DNA of 49,190 nt, the filler included, from Sphacelaria rigidula (Eukaryota), in assembly GCA_964200075.2 (NCBI GenBank). It is 3 parts of 3 records of this genome, joined end to end, with 100 filler letters (N's around TTAATTAATTAA, not from the genome) between each part and the next. Parts side by side here need not be neighbours in the genome. Positions count along the whole stretch, not along the records: positions 16,438 to 32,772 come from CAXNAA020001394.1; positions 32,873 to 49,190 come from CAXNAA020001395.1; 1 more part is not named here. One strand, given 5' to 3'. The notes below the pieces were generated by a model. The model saw nothing but the letters and a program-made list of their open reading frames with translations, did no database searches and was not told the DNA's origin. The translations under genes and the position numbers were made by a program. Position 1 is the first letter of the stretch; every line of letters begins with the position of its first letter. This document shows, in pieces, positions 26,649 through 37,955 of the stretch.

Positions 26649-29600
26649 ATGACGTCTTTTCTGCAAAAAATTCCTCCTCCTGCTTGTTGGGCGTTCGCCT
26701 GGCAAGGTCCCGAAAAGTCGGGGTATATCATGCAATATTTTGTGCTTTGCTTTTTCTGGGGGATGGTGGTTGTATCTTCCGTAAGTTGAGGGCGTATATC
26801 ATCGCCACCCTCGATCGTGAGAACAATTTTTGGGGCGTTGATTCCCACGGGGGTGATATCCATCATCCCCTCCGATGATGGTGCTTGTGGCGTCGAAGCA
26901 CTGATCACAAGAAGGTGTTTGGAAGGGGGATGATAGCCGGGTGGGTGTTCGTTTCAGAAAGGAAATGTAAAAGGACTCCGCGAGAGGAAGCAGCGGCACG
27001 TTTGTCGGAAATGTTGACCAAGCTCACCAGGGACAAATGAGAGCTTTTTTTCTCTCGTGATATCGTTCTGTCAATTATCCAGCTCATGTCCCGTAAAGGC
27101 TTACTGCCAGTATCCTCCTTTTTTACGCTTGGCTGTTGCTTCTCTGAGAGTGATCGAAGACTTTTGCAGTGTTGAACCATTGCTAATTTTTTGCTCTACT
27201 CCTGGCGTTAACCCTTTTGGGACTGGGCCTCTAGAACGACCAACGAGGCTGGTTAGGAATTACGTGTCCTCCATATGCATGAAACAGTGGCTTCATGTTG
27301 CTGAAAATCAACGAATGTATGTAACGGCAGACTTCGATGAAGACCGAAAGTTTCATGCAACCTATTTTCAGGTACAAACTGTCTTTACTATGGTTCGGGT
27401 GTTGTACGCATCAGGCAATGTACAGATGTATCAAGCAGTATCAATCGCGATGGACACTCACCGGCCCATGTCTGGAGTTTGTGTATCGAAACTTTGTGTG
27501 GGCCGTGGCTAGGGCATAACTGACAAGACAAAGTGGGTCAGGTTGATTTTTTTTCTTGTCTTCACTGGCTTAGGGCGTTTTAATAGAGAAACGACCATTT
27601 TTTTTTTCCAGCATACCTGTATGGTTCTTTCTTTTGGGTTTCAAATCACAATTATAAAAAGTGAGCTGAAAAATTGAGATGAGCCCCAAGAGTAGTGTTC
27701 ATATCTCCTCAAAACTGCCCTACAAACGGAAAAAAAATAATGAAAGAGATGTTTCTTCTAGCTCAATTATGCACCATTGGTTCTCCATACGAAATTTCAT
27801 AGCATAACCCTCAAAAACTGAGACGCGATATCCAAATTGAGTTCATCTAGTGCCTCTGCTCGTAATATATTGATTCCAGTATAGAAACTGATGCTAGCCA
27901 TATCTCGAGATGGATAACGAATTAGGTGAAAGTGAGGGTATCCATCGTCTCCCCGTGCTTCAGGGAATGTTCACCAAAAAAAATCGTCATCCGCTGAATG
28001 CATCGATCGGGTTCCATATAGATTTTCGTGTCGACGCTATCTCCGTCAGGTATAGGAATTACTAGCATGGGTTTGATCAACGACAAAATATCGACCCAGA
28101 CTTTTGAGCAGATAGGCACCTTTCCTTGATTGGATTATTCGTACGCTATGCGGATCATGGCCCAACTCGTTGTGTCGATGAAATATTGCTTTTAGAGCTT
28201 GAACCTGTTTCTAGGCTGGCCCAGCTCGTAGTATCAACTTTTTTTTTTCGCAATGTCTCATATGAAAAAGAGGGGGGGGAATGATGTCACCGACAGGAGG
28301 TACCGTTTTCACTTATTTGCCTTGATCTATCTTGTGCTGCTGTGAGGGTCACAATCACGCGCCCAATGCAAGCTTCGATCCCTGTTTGATCACCGTTTTC
28401 CCCCTCTCCTTCGCTTCCCTTTTTGGCAGTGGTCCTAAGCCGATGTGGCGAAAGTGGGCATTTTCAGACATAATGGCAGATGCCTACATGCGAAAGCGGG
28501 AGAGCAACCACCCGGACCTGATGGCGATGGCGGCTAGTTGTGACTTCGTCTGCAAGGCTATGGGTTCTCTTTCTCAGGTGCGTTTATGTGCTGTGCGTTT
28601 CGTGTTGGATGTAGTGCTTCGTTGCGCATTCATCCAGCGTGCTGCTGTTTGGCCCTGTTCTCTGGTTTTCCTCTGCGGTTTGCGTGGGTTTGGAAAGACA
28701 GATGGAAGCAGTGCTGCTGTCGCTCTCGGATAGTGCCGGTCGGCAATCTATTTACTGTTTTCTCGTTGCGTCGTCACCCCGCTCCCCCCCTCCCCCTGGA
28801 CACATGTTTTAATTTCTCGTGCCTTCAGGGTGCAAACTTGTTGATCTTTTCTCGTGAATGCCACGCATGATTCTGAATGATTGCCCCGCCTCTTACCCCG
28901 TCAGCGCCCCCTCGGCGAGATAAACCCCTTTCGAAGAATATGCCTTGGGAAAATATACCAATATACCATATTTCTGTCGGAACCCCGGCCGTTATTTGTC
29001 TAAATTTGCGGTGGAGATGGATGCTTCAAGGGAAGCGGCGGTAATGTTTTTGCCCCGATCTCCCGTCGGAGTGATGCCAGGCCTTGTTTCTGGAGCATTG
29101 GGCGGTCACCTCCTCTCCCACCTCCGCACTTTCCATCACGCCGCGATTTCCTCGCAAAGCTTGCGCAAGTAGGATGAAGCTTAGCCCCATGCTTGGCCAC
29201 CTTGTTGCTTTTTACCCCGTACTTGGTATAAGTTATTGGGTCCGCCACTACTCAATACTGATACGGAATGAAATCTTCCGCATTTTTTTGCAGGTGACTC
29301 AAAGCCCGATTCAGCGCGCGTTGCACCGCGTTTTGGAGGAATGCGGGGAGATCTGCACCAAGCTCCGTCCTGGAGCCGGGGACAATCAAGCATTTCTGAT
29401 GGTAAGCTACTTCGCTTGTGTTTCCTTGCTTCATGTCGATTACAGCATAGCAGTCTAGCAGTTTTACCATCCATCATTAGTCTCTAATGACTTCCTACAG
29501 ACAAAGGTCAGTTTGCTGTCGAAATCCGAGAAGCCAGCGTTTCGTCTTTTGCTTGATTTTAGAGTCCGCCTATTCTGGCGTCATTTCGTTTTTTGAAGCT

Positions 29601-32213
29601 CTCTGAAGCCATCATTTCGTGTTGATGTGGTTTTACAGTGCATACTTGTCGCCAATGGTCTTTCAAGCAGTTCACTGGACAGTAGGGTGCGTTCTGTTTC
29701 TGTCCGGGTGTGGCATACTATTTGCTTGCCGCCTTGTGTTCTGCTTAGGCGTTGTGGTGTTGTAATGGCTTTTCCTGTGCCCGTTGTTCCGCGTCTCAGG
29801 GAACCCTTCGACCACATGGGCATTAAGGCGTTTTGTGACTACAGTTGGAATCGGCCTCATATTCACTTGATCATGTCCATTTGATGATTGTTAGAAACGA
29901 GATAGAATCGTAAGAAACGAGGTAACGGCGTAGGACGACTAGCGTTCCATCGCTTTTGTTTGAATATTGTCTATTCTCGGGACAGGGCTTGAACACGGTG
30001 AGCGTGTTTTGATCTCGCACGCATATATTTTCCTGTGTTGAGCTGCCGCAGCGTTTATTTCATCATGAGCGATGGCTATATGCAACAGCTTTTCCCGTAT
30101 TTTTCAGATTTGAAATCCGAATTTAATCGACATCATCAGTGACGGTTTTCTCACTTTTCGAATCGGCGTCATTTTCACTTGAATCGGCATTGTCTGCATC
30201 ATATCAGACAGGACCGTGAGGTCAGCTCATTGCCGTCGAACATTCAAATATCACTTATTCTTCCTCTTTCGGGTCGAACGGCATTGTGGGCCTATCTAAA
30301 AAAACGTGAAAAAGCGCTGCTCTCGGGTCTTGTGACCGTACCACCTATTATAGTAACCCTCGGCGGTTTCGCTGTCCAGGCCAAGAATGCCCGAATAGCA
30401 ATACAGAGCAGTAGGGTGAATGAAGTACGGCACGGTAATACAGCACACACAGGCGCAGACAGTACAGTTACACAACGTGAGCCGTGGTGTCTCATCGTGT
30501 ACCTTGACACGGTCAGGTTTGCTTTCCGTCGCTACTCCCGCCTAAATATACTGTCGATCCTTTGGGCGTGTCGGCGATAGCCGCCGAACCCTTGCACACA
30601 CATATGTACATGTATATATATATATATATTCCTCTCTAGCGTATCGTCAGTGACACCCCGCCTACCCTCCGTCCTCGGAACGGGCCCTTAGCCTTGAGGG
30701 ATACGCCCACCTCTCCCATCTTTCCCATATCTCTCTCGATGCTTGTCTTCATGTTTCCTGTGGAGCGCTGATTGGATCAGTACTTACCGCAGCTCACCTC
30801 ATTTTGTTGGACGGAAGAAACAAGAACAAACTCGATAATCAGGATTCAAACTCCCACACACTCCGGCTGATACTGATGCTGATGTCTATTTCAATCGGTG
30901 GACCGCGTCGGCAATTTCTCCACCTACGCGTACACCGCCTGCGGTACTCACCGCCCTTTGTCCCTTTGTCCCACCTACTCCCGTGACATCTTATTTCCTT
31001 CCCACCCCATGTATTGGATAATTTGCCGTTAAGTACGCTTTTTGGCAAAACCTGTCGTCATCCGCTCGCAAGAGGAAAAAGGTCTGTGTCCGTCATGTCG
31101 TGGAGCGTCGACATTACTTGTAGTACTATTGGTATATCCCGTCCCAATCCTGAAAACCTCTCAATTGTGTAAGTGTTGCATTCCATTCCATTCCCCTTGC
31201 ACCGGGCTCGCGCTCCACTCCAGCGTTGGTTGTCCCCTTGACTTCATCCAACCCGCTAAAATATTGATTTTTTGCGGAGATCGGGGTGAGGCACGAGTAT
31301 GTGTACAACTTAGTGTTCGGAGTACCGTGAATATTCGGCAGTCTCTTTTTTTGCAGTGACGAGTCATTCCGGCAGGAAAAGTTGCCCTGGAATATTGCCC
31401 TTTATGAGGTATCCCAAGGCATTCGACCTTTTTGTTGTTGTTTTTGTTGTTGTTGATGATGTGGGCAGTCGATACCACAAAGTACCCCAGGATAATGAGT
31501 GTTGGGGCCATTCTGAAATCCTGGGCAATGTCTTCCTATGCAGTCGATTTCCTCCAAGCATACAGCAATACAATACTACGTAGCATCCTTTTTCGTTCAG
31601 TCGATGCGACAGGCACCCGGGAGTACCCCGCGTTCTAGGCTACACGAACATGCCCAGTTTTTTCAAGTCTTTTTCTTTCATAAATATCCATAGTCATCCT
31701 CGAAAACTCCGTATTTGCCCCTCGACAGCCTTCGGAAGGTACTTGACGCGTTGCGAGAGGGCAGATAATGATAATCAAATACATGCCAGCGCTAGGGTGT
31801 CGTTCCGAAACGGTTTGGGCTAGCAAGCTTTGAAGCTTTCTGTCATGCTTCGTTTGATTTGCCCAGAACGCTGTCGACGTGATCACATAGTTCCAAAACG
31901 ATTGAACAGCATGTCATGTTTCACGGGCGCAAACCATCAACGAGTGCATATCTCTATCTCCCCCCTCCATCCTTTGTCGTTTTCCCTCTCATTATCCCAG
32001 TTCCTGAACCTATGGACACACAGGATCCGAGAGCTAGGACCCGGGGAGCTGACCATGGCGCCGTGCGGCTGGATACGGACGGATGGTTCAGGCCATGCCG
32101 TGATTGTGGTGGTATTGCGCCGAGAGGCGGATCTTTATTCCGTGTCTATTATCAACCCTTGCGGTGAAGGAGCGGGGTATCATGCAAGGGAGGCCGACCC
32201 AGCGAAGGGAAAG
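26649..32213 (+). CDS. 5' part of a spliced gene, uncharacterised protein with a papain-like/deubiquitinase-like motif; truncated by the linker
   Basis: Exons 28430-28577 (GPKPMWRKWAF..AASCDFVCK..), 29294-29401 (VTQSPIQRALHRVLEECGEIC..) and 32001-32213 (FLNLWTHRIRELGPGELTMAPCGW..GHAVIVVVLRR..SIINPCGEGAGYH) have canonical splice sites and consistent phase. A tentative ATG exon 26649-26722 fits the phase. The function call is inference. Confidence 0.7.
27560..28228. mobile_element. Partial copy (right end) of the same TA-flanked TIR family
   Basis: Colinear similarity to ~18650-19385. Ends in CTAGGCTGGCCCAGCTCG|TA at 28211-28230. Confidence 0.7.
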
Positions 32214-32772
32214 GTGGTGCATCGTGTGACTGTTGTTGTGTTTGACGAAGGCACTACATTAATATTTTTTTGTTCGTGTATACGTGTAAATCCACTTGTA
32301 CATATCGCATGTGTTCTTGTTTGGTTGCGTATTTGAGCCGAAAATGATTGCGGCGCAGTAAAAGGATAACACTGCCGTCGGCTCTCACCCTCCGTAGCAA
32401 TTGCAGGCTGCCTAGGCGATGAAAGGTGTTACAATACTACCATCAGTGCGCATTTGCCACGATTACAGGCTTTCCTGACTCTTGGCATCACTCAATTTCA
32501 CACGAAAAAATTCACATATTTCTTCTAATTTTTTTCCCAACGTATTTTCTTCCATGGCAAATGAGAATCGGACCTGGTTGGCTTCTGTTGCGAATCGTTC
32601 TCAGATTCCGCCCGCGGGACAGGTCGATTCCATCCCTTCGCTACAGCCCGTGAACATGGCGTTCCTAAACAGGGACCCGCCCTCTCCCCCCCCCCTCTTC
32701 CATGAGGCAGTGTATAAGCTGTGGCTGTCTCGGGAAGTGGCGATACCAAAAAATAAAGCAACTCATTGTAGG

Positions 32773-32872
32773 NNNNNNNNNNNNNNNNNNNNNNNNNNNN
32801 NNNNNNNNNNNNNNNNTTAATTAATTAANNNNNNNNNNNNNNNNNNNNNNNNNNNNNNNNNNNNNNNNNNNN
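32773..32872. other. Assembly linker/gap
   Basis: Identical 100-nt N block with central TTAATTAATTAA. Confidence 0.97.
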
Positions 32873-33635
32873 GACCAAACCTCCTACAATGTCCCCTAGC
32901 TCGACTCTGTACACGAGTCACCCTACCCATCCGGGCGTCGGTCCTCTTCATCCCCCGGTTATGCACGCCGCAAATCCCCCAGAGTACTTGTGATTTGAAT
33001 GGGGTTTCCACTCGACGATGTCGCCCTTTCGTCGTCCCGGACTACGAACCACGGCGTGCCCCGGCTACCCACCGGCATGTATTCGTCCACGCTACAATCT
33101 GACCGGATGGTTTTACCAAAGAAGTTACGATGATCGCAAAAATCGCAAAAAATAAATAAATGTTTTTTTCACTCAATTTGTTATAAAACTCGCATCCTGA
33201 TAAAATAAAATAAAACCATCCGGCGAAGTCGTAGCTCTCGTCTTGGCGTGTAGATGATGCCAGAAATTGCATCCCAATCGATGGTCTTGGCAATGAGTTA
33301 TCAGGGCAACAGTTTGGGCTATGAGCGCGAAAAAGTGCCTTCAACCCTCGCCGGTTTCCATAACACGCGAAAACCTCTGTCCAACGGCCTCAGAATAGAT
33401 GACACCCATGAATGACTCTTGATAGTGCAGATGGTTGAGATATGTGGAATGTTCGACAGGTGTAGAATTTGAACCTTCGACCGAACCCCCAGCAGCAAGA
33501 ATCATCTTCGCGACCTCGCAGCAGCGAACATAACAAATTATAACACGAACCCTAACCATAGCCACAACGAAGGCATACCGAGAAGCCTCGCCCAAGGGAG
33601 GTGCAACGTCTTCCCTGGTCGAGGCGTGCGTTGCA

Positions 33636-34233
33636 AGACCTCAAATCGGTGCCCCAGGCGCCGATTTAGACAAAAACGCGTTCTGGGCACGTTAGGAGCA
33701 TGCTAGGAGCACAGCCCCCATGAAAGGTCCGGGTTTCCGATTCCACACGAAGATCAAGATGGGCCAACTCACCCTCCCGAATGCTGAAGTATACTGCGTC
33801 AAGACGACACAAAAAACAGCATAAAGTCGTCGGCCCACTTTCGCTGAAGCCTCACCGGTGCATTAATGTCTTTCAGTGGACCCACCCGTCTTGAGACACG
33901 CGTCTGTTGTATCAGCACTGGTGGGTGAAGGACGACGGTTTGTTTTAATTCCCTCTTGGAAAACAATATTCATGAAATGAAAAGCCATGCCCGCGGAACA
34001 ACAAATACACTTGCACAAGGCGAGCCATTCATCCGTCAAAAATTGTGCAACGATGGCATCCGATAAATCAAGCTCCTCAAAACATGACGAGTTGGTCGAC
34101 CATGATATTACTTGATTTGAGTGTCTACAACCAGAATCGGAATTTGAATAGGGCTGACAGTCCCGTGTGATCCTCGGGTGCGCAGAACGCGTTTTCGTTT
34201 AAATCGGCGCCACAGGCACCGATTTGGGGTCTA
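33636..34233. mobile_element. ~600-bp element with ~55-bp imperfect TIRs
   Basis: AGACCTCAAATCGGTGCC..GGCGCCGATTTA..AAAACGCGTTCTG.GCAC versus its reverse complement at ~34178-34233. Confidence 0.7.
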
Positions 34234-36449
34234 CCAAGGGCTCACTTTGTTCAGGGAATGTATATACCGCCCTTGGCGGAGGGTTCTCGGTGTGCGTTAG
34301 GTTGGGTCAACCCAACTAGCCTTCTTGCATTCCAGCGTATCGCAAGCGCGGACGAAAAGCGACGCAGTGGCGTGTAATAGATGAGGAACAACGGAAATGA
34401 CGGTAGGGTTCTGATTTTAGAGTGTACTTGACTTTTTCTCGATATGATTTTGGATCCATGCCGTTCTCTCCCGATGACGTGAGGCACAATTCACCCCACG
34501 AGCCTGGATAAGCCCCAGTAGTCGGTATGTTCTTGTCTGTTCGTGATATTAGCCGGTGACACTTTTCTTTTGCCTTTTTTGAGGGGGTCAGGCACGCCCA
34601 TAATGGTAGTATAGTGAAGTACGCAGCACTTTCAAACAACAGACAAGGCCGCATTGTGAAGATTTCTCAACATACCACCCATAACGGTGGTGCAAGACAA
34701 CATGATCTCTAACGGAATGGCAATGCAGCCAGGTGTGGTACTGCTTGTGCGCTGTAGACCACGAATCGTTCCCATCGTCTTCTTACAGCTGAAGCTGACA
34801 CGAGTGAGGAAGTGAACCCAAGGCAACGTCGTGTACCCGCCGTGCATTAATTTTTTCACGCAACACAACCAAGCGAATGCTGATACCATGTCGGCGTCAG
34901 GAAGGTCTTCTGATCGCGATGCCAAGCTTTTCTACTTCGTGAATAGTCCATTTGATAAGCATGGCAGTTATGATGGATTACCTACTTTGCTCGCTAGGGT
35001 GTATTGATTTTGGACTGGCCGTGACCATGGTGGTGAAGGTGGGCGTGTTTTTTTTTCGTTCCGCTATGACCTCTGAAGAGGAACAACGGTTTGCAGACTG
35101 AAAAGGTGTGAACGGCACTATGACGCTGAAAAAATCGCTCTGAAAAAAAAATCAGAGTGGAATGTGCACCATTACCGGCTATTTTTCCTTCCCCTTTGAC
35201 TCTGAGATACGAAAAAACGTTTTCCAAGACTCTCTATCATCAACAATACCTGGGTATGGAGTATCACCCGGTTATGACCTCAATACTACCCAATTTCAGG
35301 TGAAGTTCGGTATGATTTCAACAACCTACCCAAACTAGTGGTAAGCCGCGGCTGACGCACGTGGTAGCAGTGCCGTAAGTATCAAGTATCCCGCGGCCGA
35401 TCTGGGGTGCGTGGAGGTTTCGAACTACAAAGCGAAGAACAAACAAATGATCCTGGCACTAGCCATAACTTATCGATAATATAAGATAAGAAATTCCAAT
35501 CCCACGGCTAACCGTGACCACTACGAAAGAAGAAAGGAGGACTCATCGTTAGGGATGCTCATGGGCGGGTCGAGGGGGGGGGGGGGGGGGGGGGGCGGTG
35601 TTTGGCCTCCGAAGAATGTCCGGGCTTTCGGGAAACATTTACCGAAGACGACCACTTGTTCGTTTCCTTAGATGCACTTGATTCTAGACTACATCCTTGA
35701 CAGGCGGAAATTTTGCATTAAGGTGACGCCCCCCCTCTTCAGACGCCGCACACACCTACACACCGCCGACACATTTTGGGGTTGGACCGCTTTTCAAGTG
35801 CTTCTCAAGGTTCCCGTCAAAAGCTACATTTTTTTCAGGGTATGCCCATTGTGGGGCATACCCTGAAAAAAAGGAGGCTACATCCGATTGCATTCCAATT
35901 CAAAGCACACTGCGCGAAAGGAGCGCTCGAATCGTATATGTCGCCGAGGATAACTGGGGGGTCAAAGTCGGTCCCTCAGAGGAGTCTCCCGAACAACCCT
36001 CCGTCCTCAACAAAAGCAAGAGGAAAAATAGCACAGAGAGTAGTGGGGAGGAAACGTCGGAGGGGAGGTCTGAGTTGATGGGTGAGTATGGGCCTGTGTG
36101 AACCGAACAAAAATGAGCACGTCGTGATGATGATAATGATTCTGTTTTTTTCGTGATTTATTCATCTTTCGTCCTTCCGATTGGTTGCCCGCCAGCTGTC
36201 AACCAACAATAATGTAGACCCGGTCCAACCGACGCCATTTTCGAACCCACCCGCGCAGAAGAGAGGGGGCACACCATTTTGTACCCACTCGCGCACGAAA
36301 GAGCCGGTAGATAGCGCAGGCCACGGCACGCACACCCACAACACACCTCACACGCGCACATACACAGACCGACTACCACTGGCTAGCGGAAGAAGCCAAG
36401 AGATCATACAACTGAGAACGGCTCAACAAAAAACGCACACGAAAGGAAA

Positions 36450-36588
36450 CCCTTTGGGAACTAGACCCCCAGGGGGTGCTGATTTTTGTTTCCGTGAATC
36501 GGCATCATTGTCAGTCATTTTCAAGTCAAAACAATGCCGATTCACAAAGACCCATAAAACAAAAATCAGCACTTTAGTTCCCAAAGGG
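36450..36588. mobile_element. piggyBac-like MITE
   Basis: Perfect 14-bp TIR CCCTTTGGGAACTA / TAGTTCCCAAAGGG|TTAA with internal GAATCGGCAT / ATGCCGATTC arms. Confidence 0.8.
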
Positions 36589-37580
36589 TTAACCCAAACA
36601 TCTACCTTGTTTGAAGGAAAAGAGATTCAAAACCGCATGACTCTTGCTTTTATATCCATACCGACTACAAGGCCGGAGTGTGTTCACCGTTGTTCCTCTC
36701 CATCATTTAGTTTGCGGGTGGCCGGGAGGGGGTTCGCCTCTACGGTGAACACACAATAACTGTTCTGGCATGATGACCGAAGACGCGGGGATGATTGAAC
36801 AAAATCAAGTATTTGAGTACATGGATATATACACAGTACGTACATGTGTCTTGATTCAAAGACAACAGTGCAACAGTGGTCTCGAACACCCGTACACAGT
36901 ACCTCCCGTGCAGTGCTGTCTCTACCACAGTCTGCACCACACCGTCCACTACTACTGCCTGTATTGGAAACGATGCTGCGCGGTGTATGTTCGCTGCTGT
37001 GCTGTCATCCCATCTACTTTGGACGCCAGTTACACCTTTTCCCGATATATTAAATATGATGAGGGAGCATCAGCCGGGGTCAATCAGGAGGACGGCAAGT
37101 TTTTTTTCTTGTGTGTGTGAGGAATTAACGGTAAGTAATTGACGAAATGAACACTGGAAACAATGAAAATGAAGATAATGATAAACGTGGTATTGATCAC
37201 TTTCAAGAGGCGGACGCGGCCGCGCGCAACACCGCGGGGTGACGGCGGGGTTGGATACTGCACCACCAGCGACAATAAAAGAAAGAGGGCTCCCCGCGTA
37301 GAAATGCTTTGAGGTTTTTGTTCAGCTACGTTCACCACACCTTCATCGTCTTAATTCAATTTCAACTACTATACTGCACGTTCGAAACTCATAGGGTAGG
37401 GAGGTGAATTATCCTCGTTCTCTCTTCTCCGTGTACTACTGTTGTTATCTCTGCGTAGTTCGGGTGATGCAGCGACGACTACGGGTATGAGCGACGAACC
37501 AAACATGGTACGAAAAAAATGGAAAGGAGGCCGATAGATCAGCTGGTAAAGGCGGCGACGGTCCCATGGGTACGGGTCAA

Positions 37581-37665
37581 ATTATATAACGCATACACTA
37601 TTTTCAAGTAATTCAATTTAAATTATTTGCAGTCCCTCTACATTATATAACGCATTATATAACGC
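37581..37665 (+). repeat. Three copies of ATTATATAACGC just inside the left end of the Dada-like element
   Basis: Exact 12-mers at 37581-37592, 37642-37653 and 37654-37665. Confidence 0.85.
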
Positions 37666-37955
37666 AAACTTGATTTTAGTATAGACTCCGTCACACTTGT
37701 GTTTACCGGTCTTCTGGTCCCCGCAGCCACAGTACAGTACCGTGCTGCCCGTGCGGTATCCAGGAGAAAGAACATTGCCGCAGCGCAGTACCTAGGACAA
37801 TGGTCTCCGCACAACTGATGTTTTGTTTATTCTTGTGTGGGATAGTGTACCCAACGTTCGTTTTGAGCGTCGCCGTGCCCGGCGTGGGGTTGTGCTGGCC
37901 CGCGTTGATGTTGCAGAGTCCATTTGGTCTTGGCTTGCTGCTACTTGCTCTACAG

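Noticed and set aside
37526-37600. Intact tRNA gene
   Set aside because: Only the D-arm/A-box can be formed. There is no anticodon stem or T-arm on either flank.
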